A stretch of 62,656 bases of DNA, the filler included, from Porpidia crustulata (Eukaryota): NCBI GenBank assembly GCA_964255105.1. It is 8 parts of 8 records of this genome, joined end to end, with 100 filler letters (N's around TTAATTAATTAA, not from the genome) between each part and the next. Parts side by side here need not be neighbours in the genome. Positions count along the whole stretch, not along the records: positions 7,860 to 15,614 come from CAXUWE010001240.1; positions 15,715 to 23,464 come from CAXUWE010001241.1; 6 more parts are not named here. One strand, written 5' to 3'. The notes below the pieces were generated by a model. That model searched no databases. It saw nothing but the letters and a program-made list of their open reading frames with translations, and was not told the DNA's origin. Shown here piece by piece: positions 12,070 through 23,564 of this stretch. A program made the position numbers and the translations under genes. Numbering within the stretch: the stretch's first letter is position 1; each line of letters opens with the position of its first letter.

Positions 12070-12879
12070 CTAGACCATGAACGATTCTCCACAGCCGCAT
12101 TGTTCCTCTACAAGACTGCTTAGCTTGACATGTCATTTGATTGAGTAAAGAAAGTAAGACTTACTTATGTTGGGGTTGCGAAACACGAATCGCTGATTCA
12201 ACTTGTCCTCTACCCAATCCATCTCACTACCGATGATGCTAAACAAAGCCTTGCTATCGATCAAAACCGTCACTCCGTCTTGTTCTACTGCTTCGTCAAA
12301 AGCGCCAGCTTTGTCCACATACTCAAGGTGGTAGGCTAAGCCAGAACACCCTCGATTCTTGACACCAACGCGGATAAGCTTCGGCTCCGGCAGTGCGAGA
12401 AGTGTTTTGATTTGACTTATAGCAGTTGGCGTTAAGAGAATTGCAGCTTTCCTCGCTCTAAGCTTCGGCCGCTGTATCTTCGTCGATGTAGCACTTTGAG
12501 CGATCGGCTTCGTCTTTTGTGCCTCACCTTCGGTCACGCTGACGCCTTGTCTCTCCTCTCTCAGTGTATTCTGTGCAAATGCATGTTCCCCCATCAGTTG
12601 AGGAGGCCGTGTGTCATTTATCTCCGGCACAGTTCCTGCTATCGAACTATCTGGGATACCTGTATTTCGAGGTGGCGGAGGAACGGGGTCAAGCGAGTTT
12701 GGTCGATAGGCTGTCTGCGTCTGGAGGTTCCGAGTAGAGGAAAATCTTAGAGCGTTGTAAGAGTTGAGGTCTCGAGGCGTTTGTAAGCATGAGCGTGCAG
12801 CTGTCGCAGCAGCTTGTGATGCGAACTTGAAGATGAGGTGGGATGATGCCAAGGGGAGGGCGGAGCGTGACAGCGACAT
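12070..12879 (-). CDS. ISA1: Iron-sulfur cluster assembly protein Isa1 (A-type carrier), mitochondrial
   Basis: RVGVKNRGCSGLAYHLEY...IDSKALFSIIGSEMDW...FRNPNI, then last exon KEQCGCGESFMV*. Presequence-like N-terminus. Confidence 0.95.
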
Positions 12880-13675
12880 AATTGGCGACGGAGAAGCAGC
12901 GAACCCTCAAAATTGTGGTGGATATGAATATACTATTTGTGGTTGAAGAGAAGAATACAGTGTAGTCGGAGGATAAAGACTGAGATCTTTGCACGATTGT
13001 ACGTAGTATTGTTCATCATTGTGAGGCAAGTCATGACACGGGAATTCCCGGAGCTGACTGAGTGACCAATCAGCAACGATACGATTACGGGTGACACAAA
13101 CCCCCATTGGCTTTTCAGCATCTTCGACTCTATTACTTCTCTTGTGAAGTACAAATCTCACTTGCTACTTATGACACAGCAAGCATGCATATACTAGTCC
13201 CATGTGTCAGAATTCCATCTGCACGATTTGGCATGTACTTTCGCTACGAGTCGATGCACTACCCTACCGAGCATCACCGTCAGCCGTGGTTCACCCTAAA
13301 TGCTCGCAATAGCTTCCACCAGCTTTGACTAATGCAACAATCATGTATGCGACTGGAGTGCGACTTAATGGAAAGGAAACTTTTCTGTGCCGTCTGCAGG
13401 AGAAGCCATAACTTATTATGCCTTCGCCTGTGCCAGCATGGTCATTTGTCAGTTCGAAAGAGCATTCGGTTGCAGTCCTGCAGCTGGTTGTATGCCTGCT
13501 GTTTTCTGCGTTGTAACACAGAGCTTCCCTTATTTTCTCCACTTTACCCACATGTGTTTTTGTTCTAGCTGAGGGACTTTGAGAAAATGATACCTCTATA
13601 AACGCGCTCTGTCAACGATATACAGGACTCAAGCTGCTTACTTCTTCAAGAAGCCGTAGTCCAGACCACACTGTT

Positions 13676-14524
13676 ATGATGCATTTCTCTTCCTTGATTC
13701 TGGTGTTAACGGCTGTCGTGAAGACTGGCTTTGCCGGTTTTATGAATGAAAAGGCATGGCTTGCAACGCTGGCTGCCTTGCTACTCGGTGCTGACGTTTC
13801 CTTGATTTTTGTAGCCTCTCCTCTCATCTGAAACTATCAAGTGCGACTGCACCGGTGCTAATAATACCGGAATGTCTGGGAGCACGTACATCTGCAACGA
13901 TCCTCGTCTTGGACCTAAAACGCTGCCCAAAAAGTTCCCTCTCCTTAGTTTTGTCTCAAACTACGACCGCTTTGGTGGAGAAACCCCTGGAGTCTTTCTG
14001 GAGAAATGGACTGTTGACGGCTACTTCAAATATCCGCCTAAAAACGGCTTTCAGCTAAACACTGATGGCAATCCCATTTTGGGTAATCTGACCCTTCAGG
14101 TTGGGACGAAGGTTGACCGTTTTGGAAGTGAATATGGTATGTAGACTTTGCACTTGAAGCTTTGTTCAATGATCATTGTATGGTCACCACTTGAAATTAG
14201 ACTATCGATTGATATTTAGCTTCAGGCACCTATGTGAGCGCTGCAGACGCGCCATATGCTCAGCGGGCCCTACCACCATCAAATCTAGATACGAACCCAA
14301 CTGCGCCCGATTTCCCCTACAACTACCACGTATATAAAGTAGCGAAGCCACTCGAAGTTTTAGGAGGTCCAATCGCACCATGGTTTGGTCAGCCAGGTCT
14401 TGGTGCCCAGTTCTATACCGGGTACACCGGTAACATTCTGTTTCTACTCTCTCAAGGCTACCTGGAGAGAGTAAACAAAACGAAGATAGAGGCAGGGCCG
14501 GGCAGGGGAAACGTGTGCGGTTAA
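13676..14524 (+). CDS. Secreted TNT-domain (tuberculosis necrotizing toxin / DUF4237) NAD(P)+ glycohydrolase; exons 13676-13753, 13815-14136, 14226-14524
   Basis: Signal peptide MMHFSSLILVLTAVVKTGFA, then CDC..YICNDPRLGP, YPPKNGF, VDRFGSEYG.Y, QRALPPSNL, YHVYKV, GPIAPWFGQPGLGAQF. Same architecture as the Aspergillus conidial surface NADase. Confidence 0.9.
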
Positions 14525-15185
14525 TAGACCGTATGGCTATGATGAAATCCATGGTTATTGAAAAGCGTGGTAGCAACGTGAGATGAACCGCCAACACTTG
14601 GACAAGATTACTCAAGTGGTTTTGAGGGCATTGTGGCATGTCCAATTCCGGGCTTGATCGACGGGTAGGCATTTTGTGTTACATACTTCGAGTGTTGTGA
14701 TAAACTAGACAAAATTGGGTTTCAGGTGCACAGAATCATTTTAACAGGTTTCGCTAAGAACTGTATAATTGAACAATGTGCATCACACTCCAATGACACA
14801 GAACCAAACCACCTATGAAATCCAATATTCAGTTCCCCAAAGTGCTTCACAGTCTCTGTGACAACCACACTATTCAGCCCTCTCAGGATGACATACGACA
14901 CTAGCGCGATCTGATATGATAAGATATTGTGATTCGGAGCTTACGCGGACTTCAAAAAAGCGACAAGATTGATAAAGCAAAGTTACCACAGTCTTGACGC
15001 ACAATGGGAGTGTTGTTTGTTATGTGTTGGGGCCGGAGCCCACGGCTGAAAGGCCTTCGTCATCTCCAACCTCATCACCATTCTCATCAACAAACAATCT
15101 TCTTATCCGATTTCGGCTCTCCAATTCAAGCTTAGTGACTGGACAGAATCCGTATCCTGTTCCCACATCCTACTTGTCTCCCAAC

Positions 15186-15614
15186 ATGCCATACTTTTCG
15201 AATCTCCTCCAACGACGCAAAGGTACACTTAGGCCTAACGTCAGACATGAAAACGGTTTTCTCAAAGCTCTCGAGGGAGACCTATTTCCCAAAGTCGATC
15301 CACTTGTTGATGGCGAAGACTGCGATCACGACTGCGAGAGCTGCGAGATCAAATATCCTTCGGGATGGAAGATCGACAAAGACGCGGAACTATATGGTCA
15401 CGTAAATGGATGGGCGACACACATGCTCGTCGCTACAGGAAAAACTGACTGGGTCCGAGACGTCGCAGACGAGAAAGGCAGTGTCATGGAAGCCGTAAGG
15501 GATTGCGAGATTCGGCCGAGCAATGGCGTAACTTTCCCCTTTCCTTCCTCGAGAACGTGAAACTAGCTGACAGCCCTCTCCAGACGTTGATGGTCTCAGC
15601 CTCCAATATGCTGG
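15186..15614 (+). CDS. APD1: Apd1-like sucrase/ferredoxin (thioredoxin-like 2Fe-2S) protein, N-terminal part, 3' truncated
   Basis: LFPKVDPLVDGEDCDHDCESC..KYP...LYGHVNGWATHMLVATGKTDWVRDVADEKGSVMEA. Confidence 0.82.
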
Positions 15615-15714
15615 NNNNNNNNNNNNNNNNNNNNNNNNNNNNNNNNNNNNNNNNNNNNTTAATTAATTAANNNNNNNNNNNNNNNNNNNNNNNNNNNNNN
15701 NNNNNNNNNNNNNN
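15615..15714. other. Artificial contig linker
   Basis: N44-TTAATTAATTAA-N44. Confidence 0.99.
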
Positions 15715-15808
15715 TTTGCTCGCTCTGCTCGCTCCATGAGCAAGGTGAGCATCCTAAACAGTACGCCTCTAGCGCGTACTTTGTGGTCCATTGATTACTA
15801 ATGACCAA

Positions 15809-15851
15809 TTGGCGATCAACTGGCCTTGGCGGTCAATTGGCCCTTAACATA
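15809..15851 (-). mobile_element. Possible DNA-transposon terminus (pogo/Fot1-like TIR with 17-bp tandem repeat) near contig start
   Basis: TTGGCGATCAACTGGCC / TTGGCGGTCAATTGGCC in tandem (15809-15842), next to a TA, where the neighbouring pseudogene frame loses protein-like character. Confidence 0.3.
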
Positions 15852-15854
15852 AAT

Positions 15855-16300
15855 GTGTAAAGATCTTTTAAAGCGTCGTGTTCACGAACCTCCGCTTTGT
15901 CATCAACAGTGCATAATCGAAGTTTAAGCATTCTGAGATACAATGAGTCATGAAGGGTTGAGGATAGATGCACAATCTCTCGTGCGGCGGCGGTGAATCG
16001 TTTAAATCATGGCTGACAAAGTTCAGCAAGGAGATCGGTGAGTTCGTTGATTTTCTGATCCGTTTCTTCTTCGTTTTCCGAACCATGCAATCGCTCAAGA
16101 TATTTGCACTCAATGGAACCGCCCGGAGCTTCTATCGACAGTAGTACTTCAAAAAGTTTGCCGTCGCACTGGAAGGTAATTTGGCAATCGCCTTGTATAC
16201 CGCAGTCGATTGCCACCACCTCATTTGGTCTGGGAAGCTGCGTTAGTACAGCTTTAAAGTCTTTAACTTGTGATTGACACAGAGTCGTCATTGTCGCCAT
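15855..16300 (-). pseudogene. Truncated fragment resembling the N-terminal region of fungal kinase-like proteins, with in-frame TGA at 16007
   Basis: The frame continues past the stop (LCQP*FKRFTAA...TLHDSLYLRMLKLRLCTVDDKAEV). No kinase catalytic motifs are present, so the family call is weak. Confidence 0.4.
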
Positions 16301-17056
16301 AATGCGAAGATGACTTTCGACGAAGTCGTGATCAGACCATGAAATTTGGGTTTCAAAACGGGTTTTTGACGGGCGGGGGCTAAAACGAACTAAGGTAGTG
16401 TACTGCTGCTCAACATAAGGTAGCCTCTTCAGCCTCCTCCTTGTTTGAAGATACCGCGTTCGTACATGAGATAGATTAAGCGAGGAGGCAATCGGTGGTG
16501 TATAGCCATAGGATACGCTGCAGGGAATGCGTCGCTCCAAGCTGAGGTGCATTCAGCGCAAAGTAGCAAGGGGCGCGCGTTTGGTCAGTCGCCCCCATCG
16601 CAGCATTGCTGCCTTCAAACATCCCGCAATTGGACACCTTGCAGCTTTTCCGAGGTTCAATGGAGGTGTGAATGGGCGTGCTGAGTGCGAAGTAAGCTTA
16701 CTGGTCATCACAAGTTCATAGCTCGAACCCGGGTAGGAAGGTCAGCATCGGAGGTGACTTCAAGCACGTTGAGGTGATTGTTGCTCTCGTCAAGTTGCAA
16801 GCTTGCCTGCGGCATAGCAAATAGTCGGTCCTACGCAGCCGCAACGTTTCGGAGACGAAATTCTTAACTTATTGAATCCTGAATACAATTCGTCACCAAG
16901 AAGAGCAGTTGTGGCGAGTCAGACAAGAAATTGGGAGGCTTCCTACTTAGGCAACTGCTCGTCGTCGGTACCGACATCCTGACATTGACGGCGATACCAA
17001 CGTAAATCCAGGTGTATCTCGGAATTTTTTATCGATCGCGTGAAACAAAGCAGTCC

Positions 17057-18092
17057 AGCTTCGGAGTCGGCTTTGACTCGACAGCCTCTTCAAACAAGGA
17101 TGGAGCACACAAGTTAACTCTGGGACAGCACGGCTGTAATTAGTTCACCAAACGGAACAATCACAACAATTGTCAAGATACCTGCCAAAGATGGATACGA
17201 CGAAATGTTGCAGCGACTTTCCCTCGACTCGTCACACCATCTATCGTATATCTTAACTCAGCTACTCCCCGTCTCTCCTGATATATGAAGAAAACTAATC
17301 CATGATCACTAGTCCCCCCTATCAAAATTCTTTTAACTCATGGTACAGGCCGACAAGCTATACGAAAAGTCCGTAAAGTGATAGGCTTACCTGCCTCGAA
17401 AGATGTCGGCTACCTCGCCAATATGATCACAGCTCTCCTCTGCCGTCGAGAAACACCGTCAAACGAGCGTCTCTTCCGCAGGGACAACAACTTTAGATCT
17501 CGTTGCTCTGTATCCAGAGGATGTGCGCGATGCTTGCGAGTACGCAAAATTAGAGTACTTGTCGTTTTCGATGCGATACGAGATTTTGTACGAAACGAGC
17601 GCTGCTTATGTGGGATACGGGGATAGACTTTGTGATGACTATGTGGATAAAGAAGGCTGTAAAAAGGAACAAGATAACATGGACTCGGAAGTTGTGATGA
17701 TCATACTATTCACGCGAACTGTTCTTACTGTGACACTAAACGTTATGAAGTCAGCATTCTACCTTTACGAACCGGATTTCAGACACTACTTGAACTTCGA
17801 CTTGGGTTACGATTTCAAAGCCTGTCAACAGAATGAGTAAGGCTATTGGGATGCTGTGGCGGACAAGCTCGAGAAAATAATGAGAGAGAATCCGTATTAC
17901 AAACGACCAGCGAAAGCTCTGCTTACAGGCGACTCTACTATTGATGAGAATTTTCGAAGTGCACTAGAGAAAGCGTTGATCAGTCAAATGAAGACTCTGC
18001 CAGACATTCTGAGTCGTGATGCAGAGTTTACGGCGGCGAAGAGAGCTGCCGATCTAACGAAAAGGCTTCCTTGGGATCCTTATAAGAATTAG
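17057..18092 (+). pseudogene. Degenerate Hsp70/actin-like-fold fungal family gene
   Basis: Fragments GVGFDSTAS, TAVISSPNGT, DACEYAKL, ETSAAYVGYG..LC, NFDLGY..*GYWDAV, LLTGDS, FTAAKRAADLTKR (degenerate AAxGAA motif). In-frame TAA at 17838-17840 plus frame breaks. Confidence 0.55.
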
Positions 18093-18598
18093 ATGATCGC
18101 TAGAAACAGTAGTTCAGAGACTTCTCAGTTGTATGTTGACAACACTTCAGAAATAATTCAAAACGTCTAGAGAAAAGATGTCATCCTAGGGACACTGACT
18201 TGATCCCGACTGAATATAGCTAATTCTACAGAGACTGATAACATTAACTCTGGCTTCCTCTATCAATCAGATTAATTCTAGAAATTTGATTCTCAAATAT
18301 AAATGCTTATAGACCTTCAAGTAAATATACTGTCACTAAGTAATGGGATGCGGAAAAGGTTTGACGATGCAACATCGTTAATTGACCGCGTGCCAGGTGA
18401 CGGTCCGGATATAGGAAACATTTTCATTTACAGAAGTAGACGAGGTCGAAAGACTCCGAGTTTAACGAAGTGAACGAGCTCTTTTCGCAAGCTCGTATCC
18501 AAGACCTTTGGTCTCTCTGATCTCTGTTAAAATTTTCATCTTGATGTCTGTTCAATCACAGACTCTGAAATTGTTTACCCGCGATCTCGCTGTTCATA

Positions 18599-19775
18599 AT
18601 GATGCAGAGCTTGATCAGCAACGAAGGGTCAGTCTTTCTGTAGTCTTGTTCGGCTCCATAGTTCATTGCTAACCCACAGCAGAGACATCGACGTGGAAGA
18701 CCCAGAGAATCTAAAAAAAGATGAAGCTCTTCTCCAGAGATTGAAGTAAGATATTAATTACTTAACTCTCTTAGCCTGATTATAATGTATTTCTAATATC
18801 GATGCTAGAGCACGAGCGGGCGCAGGCGGCACAAATAACTCCTGCCTAGTTGATCCTAGCGACTTTACAGCGCGCCTTTATGATATAGCATGCGACAGCC
18901 AAGCACTGTTTCGATCACCCTCTCCCTCATCTTCAACTACTACAACACATAATGAGGAAGAATACTATCGTTATCATCTTAAAGAGATACAGTGCTACAA
19001 TGCCCTTGTCAGTGAAGGCGGGAGACCCTCGCATCCGGTAAGTCTTGGTCGGGATGTACTAGATAATCCTGGGGAGTACCACGAGATTCTGTCGTACTGG
19101 CAAAGTGGCAAGTACGATTGGGAGTTGCTCGGTCGACAGATGGGGAGTTGGCGGATATTCCGTGATTCTCAACGATACAATCGAAAAGAGGGTCGGTTTC
19201 CAAAATATGTTGAGGCGGTAAAGCGTAGTCTAGCAAGCCATGGATTCAGAGAACCATTTCAACTCGATGAAGATCTGGGGCAACAGGACAGGTTGACAAT
19301 CTGGATCGAGTATCTCGATTATGAGCACTGGAAGCAAGACAAAGCTCTGAGGACTGTTCAGCGCCACCAGCTACAATACGATGAAGCCTGGAAGGACCTT
19401 GTAGATTCACAGGTCCTGAGACCATTTGAGACGCAGGAACTTATCTGCAACATCGAATCGGCGTTTCAGCGCGCAGGTGAGGAAGACCGGGCTAAGAAGG
19501 CTGTAGAATCTGTGAAATCAGCCGTTACATTGAGATCAAAAGCCACTACCGGGGTCTCTGTTACAACAAGCGCAAGAGAAAGCTCCATTCGCCAGTCCAG
19601 TTCAAATAGGACAAAATCAGTGGTAAAAACACAGGCGAGGGTCAATCAGGATGACAAAGTTCGCGCGAGGAAGAAAGGAATACAGGATGAGAATTCCCGC
19701 ATTCTTCCTTCTTTTGGCTCTCGTCCTCTGCGACGAAGCACACGGACAAGAAAGCGACCTGAAAGGTTTCAGTAG
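18599..19775 (+). CDS. Hypothetical fungal protein (accessory family), 3 predicted exons, possibly decaying
   Basis: GT-AG introns near 18630-18679 and 18746-18808 link to a long frame containing YNALVSEGGRPSHP and QDRLTIWIEYLDYEHW...AWKDLVDSQVLRPFET, ending in a basic tail. Confidence 0.5.
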
Positions 19776-20360
19776 CAAATTTCACAATTGAGTTCCGCTC
19801 GTTGTCTTATTTTGTCTCGATTCTTGACTATCTTTGATGCTACAGCAATGTAGGCTAGTCAATGGACTTTGAGCCGAAGGACAAAGATCGATCTGCTTCG
19901 CAGCCACGTTCTTGCGCTCTCGCAGTGGACATAGTGTGATGCCGGTCGTATTTGGTTCAAGGAGAAAAATAGAACGGATTGTAGTGAGTGGAATGAAGGA
20001 TTTGAATCACTAAACAAATGTAGCTGAGAATGGAGGGGTTGACTCTGGAGTTCGGGAGTCGGAGGGTGAGTGGGGGAAGAAGGTTGATTGAGATTTCAAG
20101 AGGTTTGGAATTGAAGGTGCGATGAGGATGATGTGGTTGATCAAAACTGCTCGAGGAATGCAGAGAGACACATTTTTTATTGAAACGGGTTATACATTCT
20201 GTGTGGATCTCGCGCTATCTCGAAGACCTCATATTACTTATACTCTACCACAGGTTCCATCAGCCTTTTCCATCGAGATGTATACCTTAAAGCGAGCTCA
20301 GAGTCCTAAAATCAGGCGCCGCCAAGCCCTCCGCTCCTCGCGGTCCGGGCGCGCGCAAGT

Positions 20361-21143
20361 TCAAGCGGCGGGAAAGATCTTGTAACCCGTTCCCGCGACG
20401 AATGTCTGCTGCCACGGTCCCTGGCTCTTACCCTCCGCCAATTCGAGATACAACTTGGCGTGCGCATCCCCATCAACGCCCTTATAGACCGGCGTGCCAT
20501 CCGCTTCGCGCTCGTCGCCGTAGTAGAACCTCCAGCTGTTAGCTGCATGTTACAAAAGACCAGCAACTCACTTACTTGTATCCACGATCCTTGTACGCCG
20601 CCGCAGCAGACTGGATGATGTGTGATGTCGCTGCTTTACCAACGCCGAGGTCGAGGAGCCGGGGGATGGTGGTGGTGTTCAGGATGTTGCCAGTATATAT
20701 AAAAGTTTTCGCCGCCGACTCAGGAAGCTGGGCGAAGCCGCCGACGGCCTGCTGGGCAGCGGCAAAGGCGCTTACCGTATTGACGTTGAGACTGTTTGTG
20801 AAATCGGCGAGTCCGAGCGCGAGAGGGTCTTCGGGAGAGGTGAAGATCACAGCAGCCGCTTCCCAAGTTTAATGAGAGAAATCGGCGCGGTTCTGGAAAA
20901 CAACATACCATTGTAAACGACAACACTTGGGATACCCAGCGATGCCTTGACTTGGGAGAATGCATTGACGACACTGCCGGGATCTGCGAGGTCGCTTTGG
21001 ATGTGAATCTCGTTGGTGGTGTTGTTGGTCTGGGACGCCTTTCTCGAGACCAGAGCTACCTGGTAGCCTTTCGCCGCGAACGCTCTAGCTATGCTTGTAC
21101 CAGCTTTGGGTCCGGCGCCGAGGATGAGAATTATGGGAGACAT
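20361..21143 (-). CDS. Short-chain dehydrogenase/reductase (atypical SDR), 3 exons
   Basis: ILILGAGPKAG Rossmann motif, SDLADP, VVVYN|AA, FIYTGN, LGVGKAA, FYYGDER...GPWQQTFVAGTGYKIFPAA*. Confidence 0.88.
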
Positions 21144-21561
21144 GGTAAAGGCTGTGGGAGAAGAAGACGGAGTAGTCTGGTCGCGAGGCTTGTACTCTGG
21201 TTGCGTGCGGAATATTTTCTCGTAGCGAAGACCACCTCTTTTTACGCAAGCATGGAAGAATTTGTAATCAAGTCAAGCGATAGTCAGATTAGAAATCAGA
21301 TTTGAAACAGAGCTTCGGCGCGGAGGCAAGGTTAGGTAAGCTTCAGTACTTTGGCTTAGTAACTGATTATCCCTGCCGACGCCACCATTTCACCATTGAA
21401 AGGGTGAAAGGCTTCATATCACACTCATTCAGTATTAAGTATGTATATAACATCCGACAAGGGGCCATCCCTCACACAGGAGAATCACCATCAACTTCAC
21501 AGTGAAAAAAATTTAAGCCTCTTCTCAAAAAAAGAAATCTCGGTCTCCAGAGTCGTCACAG

Positions 21562-22542
21562 ATGGCTACAATCAAGAACGTCGCAATAGTCGGTGTAGGT
21601 AACCGTCTTGATTATATATTCTAGAGTGAAGGACAGTAACGCTGATTCGTCTTTACAGGCCTCTGGAGCTCTCGGGAGGCCAGTGCTCGATACACTCGTC
21701 AAGTCTGGTAAATTCAACGTCACCGTCATCAAGCGTCCGTCCTCCTCCGCAAGCTTTCCAGGCTCGGTCACAGTCCGGACGGCCGATCTCTCATCAGTAG
21801 ACTCTGTTACTACTATCTTTGAAGGCCAGGATGCCGTAGTCTCGACCGTTGGGGTAACAGGCCTGGCTGAACAGAATATCCTCGTCAAAGCCGCTGTAGC
21901 TGCAAACGTAAAGCGGTTTCTACCATCCGATTTTGGTAGTGATATTGCCAACCCCAAGGTCGGCGTTCTCCCCGTATTCAAGTTCAAGACTGCGACGCAC
22001 GATGCACTCCGTGAGGCTGCCGCTGCCAATCCCGATTTTACGTATACCCTGGTTTGTAACAATGCCTTTTTGGACTGGGGTATCGAAATGGACTTTCTCC
22101 TCAATTGGCGGGAGAGCAAGCCCAAATTCTACGATGGCGGCAAGAATTTATTGGCGGCACCACGCTGAATTCGATCGGCCAGGCCGTCGTCGGTGTCTTG
22201 AGTCATCCCGAGGAGACTAAAAACCGATTCGTCTATGTAAAAGACATCGACATCTCGCAGAAACAGCTCTTGGAGATCGCCAAGAAGGCCGACCCCGGCA
22301 AGAAATGGGAGGAACCTATGCTTGTCGATACAGCGGAACTTGAAAACTCTTCTTACGAGAAAGTGGCCAAGGGTGATTTTTCTATGCCAGTGATGATGGG
22401 CTTCCTTTTCCGAGTTTTATTTGGGCCACCGGAATATGGTGCTCGGTTCACTAAGACTGATAATGAGCTCCTAGGAATCAAGGAAAAGACGGAGGCGGAC
22501 GTCGAAGCCTTGTTCAAATCAATAGCCCGGAATCCAAAATAG
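21562..22542 (+). pseudogene. NmrA/isoflavone-reductase-like (CipA-like) oxidoreductase with a 1-nt frameshift near 22150 (pseudogene or sequence error)
   Basis: MATIKNVAIVG|ASGALG, QDAVVSTVG, KRFLPSDFGSD, NAFLDWG in frame 1. TTLNSIGQAVVGVLSHPEETKNRFVYV continues in another frame after GGCAAGAATTTATTGGCGGC. Confidence 0.8.
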
Positions 22543-23412
22543 AAGCAGAGAGATATAAATTACTGCAACTGATTCGCAGCATTTGAACCTTAAATATCAA
22601 TGGAGAAGAAGGTAAATGGCCTCTCACGGATTCAAACCTCAAGCCCATAGTTGATACCATGCTCACTGCCATTTTCCTATGTCAATACCCTCATCATTGT
22701 ACGTGGTATCCTGTGATATGGATAGAGCCTGCTTATCGCACCATAGCCAGTACTGTGTAGTCGCACCCCGGAGGATCCAATTCCGTGTTTATGCGATGAC
22801 CTATCGGACCTAATGTCAACCAAAGAGCGTGACCCATCTATTCACAAGTAATCATCATAATCATCAAGCCGTTCCTCCATACAACCGCTCCTGTATCCTC
22901 TCCTCACCAAACCTCCTTCTCTTCGGCCGCAATAGAATAACCTATTGTTCTTGTCTTGATTCCGACCTATTCTACAATAAGCTGTAAACAGCTTGCTGAT
23001 ATAAATAGCGCTTGAGCAGCAGCTAGTATGTCATCATGCAGTAGTCCGTATCGCGAAAGATGAGCGCCTGTCTATCTTGGTAGTCTGTGCCGAATAGTAG
23101 GACTTTCCAGTCTCATCGAGACCTTTGTTGGAAAAGCAGTGCTGAGCTTGGGACTGGTCAGCCACGCAGTATTTGATGGGTATATAGATGCATGAGTGTG
23201 TATCGACACGTCAAGCAGACTGACACTTGAGCGAAAGTCGGACCTTGTTATTGCAAGCAAGCAGTAGGTGTATATATCATAAGAAATATACAGGCGATAC
23301 AACCTCGGAAGTGGACTTCTTGACAACCAAAATACTTGTTCAGCATCGCATGAGAAATCGAATGCTAAAACTTGATACTAGTAGTAGTAGATTTCATTCC
23401 GCCCGGAGGCTC

Positions 23413-23464
23413 TAGGAGTATTCCCGGGCCCGTGCACGTTCCGGTCCCGTGCACACCCCACTTT
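23413..23464 (+). mobile_element. Possible pogo/Fot1-like TIR start at contig end
   Basis: TA followed by a 17-bp tandem repeat TCCCGGGCCCGTGCACG / TTCCGGTCCCGTGCACA (14/17 identical) and CCCCAC, running into the contig break. Confidence 0.35.
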
Positions 23465-23564
23465 NNNNNNNNNNNNNNNNNNNNNNNNNNNNNNNNNNNN
23501 NNNNNNNNTTAATTAATTAANNNNNNNNNNNNNNNNNNNNNNNNNNNNNNNNNNNNNNNNNNNN
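23465..23564. other. Artificial contig linker
   Basis: N44-TTAATTAATTAA-N44. Confidence 0.99.

Noticed and set aside
12070..15614. ISA1 and APD1 as an Fe-S functional cluster
   Set aside because: Two Fe-S-related genes near each other can be chance. They likely act in different compartments, and no evidence of co-regulation is visible.
20361..22542. SDR + NmrA pair as a secondary-metabolite gene cluster
   Set aside because: No PKS, NRPS or terpene backbone gene, transporter or transcription factor on the contig.
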